From an uncultured Hyphomicrobiales bacterium (lineage in GTDB: Bacteria; Pseudomonadota; Alphaproteobacteria; Rhizobiales; HXMU1428-3): a stretch of 64,000 nt of DNA. The notes beneath the pieces are model-generated. The model saw only the letters and a program-made list of their open reading frames with translations. It had not been told where the DNA came from and did no database searches. Shown here piece after piece: positions 36,229-45,745 of this stretch. Position numbers and translations under genes: made by a program. The stretch covers positions 4,208 to 68,207 of the forward strand of contig CAXIBI010000001.1 of the NCBI GenBank assembly GCA_964022305.1, written 5' to 3'. Position 1 is the stretch's first letter. The number at the start of each line of letters is the position of its first letter.

Positions 36229-36259
36229 AAGTCTCTTCTTTATAAAAAAGAAGAGACTT
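36229..36259. terminator. Bidirectional terminator between the cytochrome c and amidohydrolase genes
   Basis: 12-bp stem aagtctcttctt / aagaagagactt with an AT loop, flanked by A/T runs, between convergent genes. Confidence 0.7.
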
Positions 36260-36294
36260 GAGGTTTAGTAAGTGAATTCCGAATATTTTTACAA

Positions 36295-37818
36295 TCACGC
36301 TGGCATAGCCGCGTAACCGTACGCATTGTTCGACCGCATTGTGCCGGTTTTGCGATATTCAGCTTTCGCGAGGGCTAAGTTATCGGTCTCATACTTATCG
36401 ATCTGGCCGAAATCCATTTTCCATTTGTAGATTTGCGATGAATTCAAACCGAATATTTTACGCTTAACCTCACCATTGGCTTCGCCAAGCGGAGTATTCC
36501 AACCCATCTTTTTCATCATGTCTTCAGGGATTTCCATACGGCGCATCGCTTCAATTTGCCATTGTGGTGAACCGTACCATACTGAATCAGTGCCCCAAAC
36601 AACCCGGTCTGGTCCCATTTCGTTGACGAGTTGTCCAATGAAGGCTGCACAAAAACGCGGATTGGTCACGCAGCTTGAAGCGAAGCTCGTGCCGATCTCA
36701 GCCCAGACATTATTGACATCGTATTTTTCAGGGATCCGTGCGAGGTCAGTTGACCAACGTATGTAACCTGATTTTTCAAACTCGGCCATTTCTGCTTCTG
36801 GCGAGTGCATGAGATAAGGCCGCAGCGCCGAGTGATAAATCACAAAGTTCAGTCCCGGCCAATCTTTGGCAGCTTGGCCAAGGTCATTCACGGTTGCGCT
36901 TTCCCACGTGCCTTTAAATTTCTTTTCATAGTCGAGTGGCATCAATCCTTTGTGCACACAGATCGTGTTGATACCTGCCTTTAGTGCTTTTTCATAGAAG
37001 GGATAAACCAACTTTTCATCATCCAACCGCCAGGAATATTGTGATGGTCCAAACGGATCACCGATGGTGTAGGTTTTCCATGACACAGGTTTGAGCACTT
37101 CGATTGCCCGGTCGACCTCATCCATCCAGCCTTCCTTGGATGGTTCAATAACAGAGTGCCCCATCAAACGTGTGGTGCCGGCAAATTTGTTGACCGCTTT
37201 ACATGCATCTTGGATGGAATCGTTGCCAAGTAAATTCCAGGTTGGATCATCAAATACCGCACCTGAGATAATGGCAGCTTTGGTATCAGAGTCGAAAAAC
37301 ATCTCTTTTACATAATTATCAAATTTATATTTTATGAGTTGTGCCCCGTCCTCACCTAACGCTTTGTTGACACCCATATCAATCGCCCATTGGCGCAGTC
37401 CTGACAGGCCTTCTTGTTTAAAATCATCACGAACAAAATGAGTTTGTGCATCAAAAATAAATTGGCCTTCTAATTCTTTTGCCCGCTCTTCTGCGGCATC
37501 GATATCAGTGGTGTGGGCTTTCGCCACATCGAACACATCACCATAAACAGCGTTCATCGCTGCAAAGGAAACGGCCATGCCTGATGCTGTGGCGAGAAAA
37601 TTACGCCGAGACATGTTTAAACGTTTTGAATGTTCGTCGGCCATTTCCTTAACCATCGCCTCAACCCGTTTTTGGTCGATTGTCTGGGCAAGTGGATTAT
37701 ATTCACCGTTAGATACTATCTGAGTTGGCACGGGAGACGGGAAAAGCTCTTCAGCCGGGCGCAGTTGCTCCAGCTCCTCGTCTGTTATGTGCACACCAGC
37801 ATGTCTTTCTTCAGTCAT
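36295..37818 (-). CDS. Amidohydrolase-family (TIM-barrel metal hydrolase) protein with an internal twin-arginine motif
   Basis: About 430-aa amidohydrolase-like body. A canonical Tat motif, MSRRNFLATASGMAVSFAAMNA, occurs at aa 69-90. A strong GGGGAG Shine-Dalgarno sits 8 nt upstream of ATG 37818, and there is no SD before the internal ATG 37614. Confidence 0.7.
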   Translation of the reverse strand: MTEERHAGVHITDEELEQLRPAEELFPSPVPTQIVSNGEYNPLAQTIDQKRVEAMVKEMADEHSKRLNMSRRNFLATASGMAVSFAAMNAVYGDVFDVAKAHTTDIDAAEERAKELEGQFIFDAQTHFVRDDFKQEGLSGLRQWAIDMGVNKALGEDGAQLIKYKFDNYVKEMFFDSDTKAAIISGAVFDDPTWNLLGNDSIQDACKAVNKFAGTTRLMGHSVIEPSKEGWMDEVDRAIEVLKPVSWKTYTIGDPFGPSQYSWRLDDEKLVYPFYEKALKAGINTICVHKGLMPLDYEKKFKGTWESATVNDLGQAAKDWPGLNFVIYHSALRPYLMHSPEAEMAEFEKSGYIRWSTDLARIPEKYDVNNVWAEIGTSFASSCVTNPRFCAAFIGQLVNEMGPDRVVWGTDSVWYGSPQWQIEAMRRMEIPEDMMKKMGWNTPLGEANGEVKRKIFGLNSSQIYKWKMDFGQIDKYETDNLALAKAEYRKTGTMRSNNAYGYAAMPA

Positions 37819-38141
37819 TTCTTTAACTCCCCTTTTTTTTATCTCAGAAGATATGTGGCAGTTATTATTATTTTTGATGCCTGATTAAGTCTGTCTCCGA
37901 TTGTTTGGATCTTACTGATAAAAGTTTAGTACCAAGCTCACTGCATTGCAAAAAGCTTCTACTTTTGATCTAGGAATTACTAAGCGGCTAGCACCCTGTT
38001 TATGTGGGAATTTTATCATAAATTTTAGGCGTTTAAGCTTTCAGCTAGGACAGCTTCAAAAGCAGACTTCGTCCTTTAGTATAGCGTCACGAATACCCGG
38101 AAAATAACGAGGGAAATGGCTGAATAAAAAATCAAAACCGG

Positions 38142-40262
38142 CTAGTTAATTGATAGTGCCAAGCGCAGGCCGCCCCAATGTTGGCCAGCCACCAAGATCG
38201 GCATTGAGATGTCTTTCATGAAAACACTTTTACCACCGCCTAAATCGCGCAAATAAGTTTGTACCAGATGTTCTTTTTGGTTCCTGCCAGCTTTCAAACC
38301 AGTTGGATCATCGAATATGCGTTTGTTTCTGCAATGAGATGCATTCCAAACCGGGTCATCTCCTTGGGGCTCTGAATATTCTTTATTGTGAACGGGCAGA
38401 TAACCATTTCTGTCAACGGCGGCGCAGAAAATAATGCTCCCATCCATTTGCTTCACAGGATCAATAATTTGCGGCAAGATACTCTCTAGGAAGGGGAGAG
38501 CTCTTGTTGTGACTTGCTCTGGGTTTGAGCCTGGGATGGGTAGATAGGCTTGATCGAATAAATCTTCTTTTGTAATTTTGTCATCTCTTAATCCACCTTC
38601 GAATTCTCTCACAATCATGTCTCTGCTGGACCTTAAAATATCCAGGTACTGCTGCTCTTTCTTCTCTGCTTGTTCAATGTAGGCTTCAAGAGCACCTTGC
38701 ACATCGGGTCCAACTTCAACGAAGCGGAACCTGGTACCAAGTGGTTGAAACCCTTGAACATTGGCGAACACTTTTCCTATGTTTTCAAAGTGGATCTCAA
38801 CTGCAGAGCCAATGGTTAGAACTCCCTCTTTCAAATCGATGAGAGATCCTTCAACCGAGATATCTCTTGCTGTTGCATGATGGGTTGTTCCATTTGATGT
38901 TAAGGTGAGGGGGATGCCACACGGCAGCCTTGGATGGGCACGGCTATCAATATCGGCAATGCTATTTGCTGTCACTGCGAGGCGATGACCTAATTTATCA
39001 AAGGTAAGATTAATAACACCAACTTTACTGCCCAAAACATCAGAGACACGCCTTAAATCTGAAACGGTTTTCGTAAATGTATTGATCGGATTGCGTTGTT
39101 CAATTGCGCCATTTGCAGCTGCTTGTGCGTTTGCGCTCAGCTCATTCAGCGCGTTTACCTGACTTGAGACATTTCCAGAGACTGAGTTAGCGGCCAAATT
39201 CATTTGGTCAATGATGTTTGTGATTTCACTCATATTGACAACCGTCGTGCTTACGGCATCTTCAACACGCGTGATGTTCTCACTGATTTGTCTAGCAGCG
39301 TTAGCGGTTTGCTCTGAAAGCGCCTTTACCTCACCTGCTACAACTGAAAAACCTTTACCTGCTTCACCCGCTCTTGCAGCTTCAATTGTGGCGTTTAATG
39401 CGAGCAAGTTTGTTTGGCGAGAGATGGTATCAATTAAAGCCGTGATATCTGAAATGCGCAGTGCAGTTTCTTTTAACTGCTCGATCGTGGTACCTGCAAC
39501 ATCGGTTTTTTCAACAGCATCACCAACAAGTTTTGACATGTTCTCAGCTTGTTGACCAACCTCTAAACTATTTGATTGAATTTCTTCAGCCCGGGCGGCA
39601 ACTGATTGTATTGCATCGCCGGTAACCTCTGAACTGCGGTCAACGATTTCAACGCCTTCACTCATATCTTCAATAGAATGGGAGAGATCATCACTGGCAC
39701 CATTTAAATCATCACAAAGGCTGATAAGCACATCTTTTGACTGCTCTAATTCTTCAGAAATTGCTGTTGAAAATTGTAAAGCTTCTTGGCGTTTTACTTC
39801 ATCTTTTTCTAGCTCGAAATAAGCAGAGAGCGCGATGTTCATATCTATAAAGACAGCGCGGACCAGACTGGAAATTTGTGAACAGAGTTTATCGTCATTT
39901 TTAATCAGCTGAGGGACAAATGCCTCCAACAAATAGGAATAGGCCGCGATGTAATCTTTAGGATTAAGGCCAATGCGCATGTGAGCAGCACCAACACGAT
40001 AGGACCGATCACGTAACTCATCTGTGATTTCCCCTGTTAGCAGAGACTGCCAGTGGTCCATTTGATCTTGTTTGAATTTGGTTTCATCAGGCCCTTTTTC
40101 TAATAGATCTTTCAGCTCTGGTGTTGCATTTGTTGCTTCGTAAAAAGCATCTAGAATTTGGGGAAATTCTTTTGCAAGGAATGTACTTAGTTCAGGCAGG
40201 ACTGAGAGTTGATCGCTATTAAATTGATCTAGCCGGCTGGATAAGTTTTGCTCAACTGGCAT
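38142..40262 (-). CDS. Globin-coupled sensor / MCP signalling / PilZ multidomain chemoreceptor
   Basis: N-terminal protoglobin-like sensor ([20 protein letters not shown]). MCP hairpin [34 protein letters not shown]. PilZ motifs RAHPR...DISVEGSLI. An unassigned ~190-aa C-terminal domain ([19 protein letters not shown]...[10 protein letters not shown]). Confidence 0.85.
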   Translation of the reverse strand: MPVEQNLSSRLDQFNSDQLSVLPELSTFLAKEFPQILDAFYEATNATPELKDLLEKGPDETKFKQDQMDHWQSLLTGEITDELRDRSYRVGAAHMRIGLNPKDYIAAYSYLLEAFVPQLIKNDDKLCSQISSLVRAVFIDMNIALSAYFELEKDEVKRQEALQFSTAISEELEQSKDVLISLCDDLNGASDDLSHSIEDMSEGVEIVDRSSEVTGDAIQSVAARAEEIQSNSLEVGQQAENMSKLVGDAVEKTDVAGTTIEQLKETALRISDITALIDTISRQTNLLALNATIEAARAGEAGKGFSVVAGEVKALSEQTANAARQISENITRVEDAVSTTVVNMSEITNIIDQMNLAANSVSGNVSSQVNALNELSANAQAAANGAIEQRNPINTFTKTVSDLRRVSDVLGSKVGVINLTFDKLGHRLAVTANSIADIDSRAHPRLPCGIPLTLTSNGTTHHATARDISVEGSLIDLKEGVLTIGSAVEIHFENIGKVFANVQGFQPLGTRFRFVEVGPDVQGALEAYIEQAEKKEQQYLDILRSSRDMIVREFEGGLRDDKITKEDLFDQAYLPIPGSNPEQVTTRALPFLESILPQIIDPVKQMDGSIIFCAAVDRNGYLPVHNKEYSEPQGDDPVWNASHCRNKRIFDDPTGLKAGRNQKEHLVQTYLRDLGGGKSVFMKDISMPILVAGQHWGGLRLALSIN

Positions 40263-40489
40263 GTTGGCCTCTTTAAATCATAGCAAACACGCCCCTTTAA
40301 ATTTAAGGGCCGAATTGCAACGTCACAATGATTGATATTTATTTAAAGAGGTTAGTTAGTAAGGCATTAAATAGAGATAAATTACGATCGGTGTGCTGAG
40401 TAAAAAAATTGATGATTACTCGCTATCTTTCTATCATGAAGTTATTGACCTCTCACCTTTCATGAGACTGATCTTAAAAATTTTGTGAG

Positions 40490-41383
40490 TTAAATTTCTT
40501 TCGTAAACTTATCTTTTTTTAATTTTTTAGGCGGTGGTTTGCGCCATAATTTTTTCAGGTGCAGATTTTTAGAAAGCTTCCTTTTCTTTATATCAATTTC
40601 TACCTGTTCTGGGGTTGATAAGAATTTGTTTTGATCTTTGTCGTAAAATGAGATGATTTGGTCAATTATTTTTAAATATTCTCCCTTTTCAATGATACCG
40701 TTATTATTGGTGTCAAATGAGAAGGGGATCTGCTTGTTAATGACAAGGCTGTAACGGTTATAACGATTGTTGAAGCTCTTTTCATTCACGTTTTTTTCGA
40801 CATGATTTTTCATTTCATTGAAAGAAATTATCTCGTCACCATTTTTGTCCATGACCAAATCAGCTAAGATCATATCATTCAAAGCTTGTTCAAATTGTTC
40901 TCTGGTTTTGCGGATAAATGTGCGGCCTGAGCGCAGAGATCTGCTTGCTCGTTTATGATAGAAGATTTTAAGCTCTTTTTTTGTGACTTTAAAATCTCTG
41001 TCCAAATCTTTCATCAACCAAGATTGAATTTTAAACGCATAGGTTCTTTGTTTTTTTTGACGCTCTACAATTTCGAAATCTTCAGCTGAAATGCCATCTC
41101 CTTCAAAATCTGATTGATCGAAGGTTTCTAAGAATTTATCACGAAGGGAACCGATTGAGACAATATAGTCACGACCGATACGTTTACGAACTAGGTTTTT
41201 ATATTCAGATAATCTTAGTAAGGTCCAATCTTCAGCTGGAAGGCCAAGCTCATTTGCTTTAAGTGAAGACATGGGAAGTGCTAGTGAAAGTATGAGTGAG
41301 ATAAGCGCACCTAAAATTGCAAATGATAATTGACGCTTAAAGCTGGATGAATTGATCTGTAGCACTGAACACTCCCTCAACAT
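40490..41383 (-). CDS. Secreted EF-hand calcium-binding repeat protein
   Basis: Signal or anchor helix FAILGALISLILSLALP. EF-hand loops DLDRDFKVTKKE, DKNGDEIISFNE, DTNNNGIIEKGE and DKDQNKFLSTPE. Lys-rich tail. AT-rich gene. Confidence 0.65.
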   Translation of the reverse strand: MLRECSVLQINSSSFKRQLSFAILGALISLILSLALPMSSLKANELGLPAEDWTLLRLSEYKNLVRKRIGRDYIVSIGSLRDKFLETFDQSDFEGDGISAEDFEIVERQKKQRTYAFKIQSWLMKDLDRDFKVTKKELKIFYHKRASRSLRSGRTFIRKTREQFEQALNDMILADLVMDKNGDEIISFNEMKNHVEKNVNEKSFNNRYNRYSLVINKQIPFSFDTNNNGIIEKGEYLKIIDQIISFYDKDQNKFLSTPEQVEIDIKKRKLSKNLHLKKLWRKPPPKKLKKDKFTKEI

Positions 41384-41445
41384 TTTAAATACCTTATATT
41401 TCTCATAGATTTACGATAAAAAAAGGACAGTTTAAAGGCATAAAT

Positions 41446-42354
41446 TTAGTTCTGTCGATCGCACACAAAATATGTCGCTTCTCTTAAACCTTCTGCCTTA
41501 TCTCCAAAAGGCTCCAAAGCATAAAGGGCTCCCTCTTTTAAATTAGAGAGAAACGTGATCGCTTTGTCTTGTCCTAAAATTGAGACCAAGGTGGCTTTGC
41601 CCTGAGCTTCATCTTTGCCAGCGGTTTTGCCTAAGTCATTTGTTGAACCCTCAATGTCTAACAGGTCATCTTTGAGCTGGAAGGCAAGACCTATTTTTTG
41701 ACCAAAAAGTTTGATGGCTTCTCTTGAATGATGATCTGCACCGCCAATGATTGCGCCAGCTTCAGCTGCAAACGAAATGAGCGCGCCGGTTTTTTGTGAA
41801 TGGATCATCAGGATATCTGCAAAGTTCACATCATCAGAATTTTCAGCGGCCATATCTCTAACTTGTCCGCCAACCATGCCAGCTTTTCCTGCAGCTTTGG
41901 CAAGCCCATTCACTAGCTGAGATTTAATATAGGCATTGGTTGGGGTTGTTTGAGTGGTTAAAATTTCAAAGGCTAGAGTTTGCAGACTATCGCCCGCTAA
42001 AATGGCGGTTGCTTCACCCTTTTCTTTCCAAAGTGTTGGGCGGCCACGGCGCAGTTCATCATTATCCATGGATGGTAAATCATCATGAATGAGTGAGTAA
42101 CAATGAATACATTCGATCGCTAATGCTGCCTCATTGACCAATTGCGGATCTGACTTAAACATTGATGCCGTCTCTGTCACGAGAAAGGGGCGCAGACGTT
42201 TACCGCCATCCAAGCTTGAGTAACGCATGGCCTCAAGTAAGCTTTCAGGCGTTTCATCATCTGAAGCTAAATGCGCTTTTAATCCGTTTTCGACTTTCGT
42301 TACGGCTTTTTCTAATTTGGTTTTAAAATTTTCTGTTGTCATTAATTTGTACAA
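41446..42354 (-). CDS. ispA: Polyprenyl (farnesyl/geranylgeranyl) diphosphate synthase
   Basis: First Asp-rich motif LIHDDLPSMDNDELRRG and second Asp-rich motif FQLKDDLLD. Confidence 0.9.
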   Translation of the reverse strand: MYKLMTTENFKTKLEKAVTKVENGLKAHLASDDETPESLLEAMRYSSLDGGKRLRPFLVTETASMFKSDPQLVNEAALAIECIHCYSLIHDDLPSMDNDELRRGRPTLWKEKGEATAILAGDSLQTLAFEILTTQTTPTNAYIKSQLVNGLAKAAGKAGMVGGQVRDMAAENSDDVNFADILMIHSQKTGALISFAAEAGAIIGGADHHSREAIKLFGQKIGLAFQLKDDLLDIEGSTNDLGKTAGKDEAQGKATLVSILGQDKAITFLSNLKEGALYALEPFGDKAEGLREATYFVCDRQN

Positions 42355-42522
42355 TCACTGATCTTAGTTTATGGCTTAGCTCTTGCATTCATTTATGCAG
42401 TGGTCTCAATTTTTTTCTTTAGGTTGTAGACTAATAAATTAACCTAAGTTTGCATTCTCTCTCTAATACGTGTTTAAAGACCATATAATTTTTTAAAGCT
42501 TACCTTTGTGACTTAGAGTGTT

Positions 42523-43272
42523 ATGGCTGTGTTTGGCAAGAGTAATAAATTATTTAATCTCCCGTTCTCTCAAGTGCGGATCTTTCAAAAATCACCGCTT
42601 GGATTGCTTTGGTATGTCTTTTCTCGCATTGTGATTGGGGCCTTCGCCGCTGCAGTACTTCTTATCTTTACCCTAAGATATATCAATCCACCCACATCTA
42701 CGGAAATGCTCCGACACTCCTTGCTTGGCGGTAAGGTGAGCCATGAATGGGTTGATATTGAGAAGATTTCTCCCCACCTCATCCGTGCAGTGATCATGTC
42801 TGAAGATGGGCAATATTGTCGGCATAATGGCATTGATTGGCGCCAAGTTGAAAAAGCTTGGCAAGAAGCTTTAGAGGGAGCTAAAAAACCCCGCGGGGCC
42901 AGCACGATTACCATGCAGACCGCGAAAAACTTATTTTTATGGGCAGATCGCTCTTATATCCGCAAAGGTCTGGAGCTTCCTATGGCCTATATGATGAACT
43001 TAATGTGGTCTAAACGGCGGCAAATAGAGATTTATCTCAACATCGTTGAATGGGCGCCAGGTGTTTATGGGGCTAGAGCTGCCGCACGCCATCATTTTAA
43101 ACGGAAGCCTCATCAATTAACCGCCACTCAAGCCGCGCGATTAGCTGCTGCCTTACCAAACCCAATTGTGCGCCGGGCTGGGCGCCCTGGGCCTTATACG
43201 CGAAAGATTGCTAGTATCATTAAAAAAAGAATGGCGAATGCTAGTCCATGGGTTAAGTGCGTTATTAACTAG
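42523..43272 (+). CDS. mtgA: Monofunctional biosynthetic peptidoglycan transglycosylase
   Basis: N-terminal TM helix. GT51 motifs SEDGQYCRHNGIDW, GASTITMQTAKNLFL and RKGLE. Confidence 0.9.
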   Translation: MAVFGKSNKLFNLPFSQVRIFQKSPLGLLWYVFSRIVIGAFAAAVLLIFTLRYINPPTSTEMLRHSLLGGKVSHEWVDIEKISPHLIRAVIMSEDGQYCRHNGIDWRQVEKAWQEALEGAKKPRGASTITMQTAKNLFLWADRSYIRKGLELPMAYMMNLMWSKRRQIEIYLNIVEWAPGVYGARAAARHHFKRKPHQLTATQAARLAAALPNPIVRRAGRPGPYTRKIASIIKKRMANASPWVKCVIN

Positions 43273-43543
43273 GCCGTAAACACCTGATTTACAATTCGTT
43301 TTATGATTTTTATCGATATTAATGCATTAAATGCTAGCCAAAATATCAAAAGACATGTATATCAACGAGCTTAATCCCTGGCTTTATGGCTCTTAGGGTG
43401 TTTTTCGCATGAAATTTTTACAGCTTTCGTCTGATCTTACATTATTTTCAGACGGCGACGTCTTTGTTTAGGGGACACCCTGATTTATCAAAGTTTGAGC
43501 GCTAAATGGCTGTTTTAACTAGATATTTGAGGTAGAGGCTGTT

Positions 43544-43729
43544 ATGGCAGTTCCAAAAAGTAAGATCACGCGCATGAAGCGCGGCCACCGTCGTTCAGCT
43601 GATGCGCTGAAAAACCCGACATATATTGAAGATAAAGAGTCTGGCGAATTGCGCCGTCCGCACCACATTGACCTAAAAACAGGCATGTATCGTGGTCGTC
43701 AAATTCTTGAAGCCAAAGAAGAATTTTAG
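43544..43729 (+). CDS. rpmF: 50S ribosomal protein L32
   Basis: [23 protein letters not shown], 61 aa. Confidence 0.95.
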   Translation: MAVPKSKITRMKRGHRRSADALKNPTYIEDKESGELRRPHHIDLKTGMYRGRQILEAKEEF

Positions 43730-43747
43730 ACACTAGTGTCTTTTTTA
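43728..43747 (+). terminator. Short terminator after rpmF
   Basis: agacac-ta-gtgtct hairpin followed by tttttt. Confidence 0.55.
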
Positions 43748-43828
43748 TAAGTGAATTCCAAAACGCTGCTCTGAATTGTCTCGGTTAAGAGATTATTTGG
43801 GTGGCGTTTTTTACGTTTCAATTATTTT

Positions 43829-44020
43829 TCTCTCACCGCTATTAGTTTTAGGTGCGCTCCAAATTGCCCAGTAGCAACCGACTTTTTTAGCTATGGCTTC
43901 AGGTTGCCCACTTTCTTGATGCGGCTTCAGTTTCCCACCAGAAACCGCCGCTAACAACCGCCTTTTTAGCTATGGCTTCAGGTTGCCCACCAGCAACCGC
44001 CATTGACCTTTTCTTTCTTC
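43829..44020 (+). repeat. Composite repeat: degenerate left box plus four palindromic units, with an internal ~80-bp tandem duplication
   Basis: TCTCTCACCGCTATT is followed by aaattgcccagtagcaaccg, cttcaggttgcccac, cttcagtttcccaccagaaaccg and cttcaggttgcccaccagcaaccg. The string ttttagctatggcttcaggttgcccac occurs twice. It ends in ttctttcttc. Confidence 0.75.
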
Positions 44021-44100
44021 AAATTTATGGTTAATATTCTGATTTAAAAAACTGATATTGTTTGATTATCATCTTTGCATACATGAAATGGAGCTGATTT

Positions 44101-44517
44101 ATGTTGCTGAACCTGCCTTGGACGATTGTTTCTCTGATTTTATATAACATCATCGCTTTTACTGGCAGTGCGGACGAAACAGGCGATCATGCCTCAACTT
44201 TTGGAACACAGCTCTTTTCTATGGGGCTTATTTCTGGTGGGACATGGACCTTTACCATTGGTGACCTTGTTTTATTAGTCGCTTTTCTAGCTTTGTTTGT
44301 AGAAATTATTAAATCTGCCCGCACATCAGACATTACATTAATTGACCATGCGCTTTCAGTCATTGTATTCATTATCTGCTTAATCGAATTTATTATGGTG
44401 CCTTTTGCAGCAACATCACTGTTTTTCTTTATTATGATAACAGCCTTGATTGATGTAATTGCTGGCTTTTCCGTTAGTCTTACGGCTGCACGTAGAGATA
44501 TGGGTATTGGTGGGTAG
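44101..44517 (+). CDS. Conserved-looking small membrane protein, paralog 1
   Basis: 138 aa, 4 TM helices. Clearly homologous over its full length to the next ORF (LPW..VS.I.YNII.F...GGTW.FT.G.L......L.F.EI.K..RT.....DHALS...F..CLIEF........TS.FF.IM...LIDVIAGFSV...AARRD). Confidence 0.65.
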   Translation: MLLNLPWTIVSLILYNIIAFTGSADETGDHASTFGTQLFSMGLISGGTWTFTIGDLVLLVAFLALFVEIIKSARTSDITLIDHALSVIVFIICLIEFIMVPFAATSLFFFIMITALIDVIAGFSVSLTAARRDMGIGG

Positions 44518-44660
44518 TTAAAATTACTAAAATGACCAGTCTTTTAGCTATTATTGCACATTGGTCATATTAATTACTTTTATTTAGCTTTATATGTAAA
44601 ACAGATTTTAATTGAGAAATTCGCATGTGATGCGATCGGTGATTTTGAGGAGTGGCCCTT

Positions 44661-45107
44661 ATGATTTTGAGTTTACCTTGGTTGTTAGTTTCGGTGATTG
44701 TTTATAATATCATCGTCTTTCTTTTTGGCCCTGATCAAGCTGATGCTTCAGGTGTATTTGACCCATCAGTTGTTTTTAATGAAGTGCTCTTTCAAGTTCC
44801 AATGCTTTCTGGTGCGACTTGGAGCTTTACGCTTGGCAATCTCCTTGTGATTTTATCACTAGGACTACTCTTTCTTGAAATTCTTAAAGCGACACGAACA
44901 GGTGGTAACAGCCTTGTTGATCACGCCCTCTCAACTTTGGTATTCGTTATCTGTTTGATCGAATTCCTCGTTGTAAAAGAAGCTGCTACATCAGTCTTCT
45001 TTATCATTATGATTATTTGCTTGATTGATGTAATCGCTGGCTTCTCAGTGACGATCCGTGCTGCACGGCGTGACCTTAATGTTGGTGCCGGTTTACCAAC
45101 TCACTAA
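44661..45107 (+). CDS. Small membrane protein, paralog 2 (tandem duplicate)
   Basis: Start set at ATG 44661 (MILSLPWLLVS), by alignment with paralog 1 (MLLNLPWTIVS) and a GAGGAG 8 nt upstream. Confidence 0.65.
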   Translation: MILSLPWLLVSVIVYNIIVFLFGPDQADASGVFDPSVVFNEVLFQVPMLSGATWSFTLGNLLVILSLGLLFLEILKATRTGGNSLVDHALSTLVFVICLIEFLVVKEAATSVFFIIMIICLIDVIAGFSVTIRAARRDLNVGAGLPTH

Positions 45108-45131
45108 ACAAAGATTTTTATTTAAACAATC

Positions 45132-45162
45132 AAGGGCACTCAATTTGAGTGCCCTTTTTTAT
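45132..45162 (+). terminator. Rho-independent terminator after the paralog pair
   Basis: Stem agggcactcaa / ttgagtgccct followed by ttttttatt. Confidence 0.8.
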
Positions 45163-45191
45163 TCAGTAACTAGACTTAATACTTATAAATA

Positions 45192-45557
45192 CTAAATCTT
45201 TTTCAATTCAACATGTGATGGAAACTGCCAATTTGCATGATATTGGGTGGTTTTTTGGTAAGCTTCCGTCGTTTCTTTTGGGTTTGCCCATTCTTCTTTC
45301 AACGGTTTTTTTTGGTCTTTTACGTACTGATTATAAAAAATCACTTTCGCACCAAAAGGTAATATTTTCTGCGACTTAGTGCCTTTTCTTCGATCACCTT
45401 TACGTCTCTCAATAAACTCCGGTTTTGGGCTTGCGCGTTTTTTCGATAGATTTTGTTTTATTTGGGTGTACCCTAAATCTATCGTTTGATTAGAGAGAGT
45501 ACCGATTACTTGGTTTTTAACGCGCATGATTAATAACTCTGTCCCAGATTGAACCAT
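45192..45557 (-). CDS. Hypothetical basic protein
   Basis: 121-aa ORF, Lys/Arg-rich (ERRKGDRRKGTK), with no recognisable domain. Coding status is uncertain. Confidence 0.3.
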   Translation of the reverse strand: MVQSGTELLIMRVKNQVIGTLSNQTIDLGYTQIKQNLSKKRASPKPEFIERRKGDRRKGTKSQKILPFGAKVIFYNQYVKDQKKPLKEEWANPKETTEAYQKTTQYHANWQFPSHVELKKI

Positions 45558-45745
45558 TTGTTTTTAAAAATTTGTTTTTTTTAAACAAATGAAGTGCTGA
45601 TTTCATTTTTAATATGAAAAGAGCAACTTTTGAGCCAAACCTTCGCGAAATTAACCAAGAAACAACACTAATATGCAATTGTTACTGAAACGCTGTTTTT
45701 CCCAAACTGGAAAGCCAACTTACAAGTTCAGGTTAGGACAATTTC

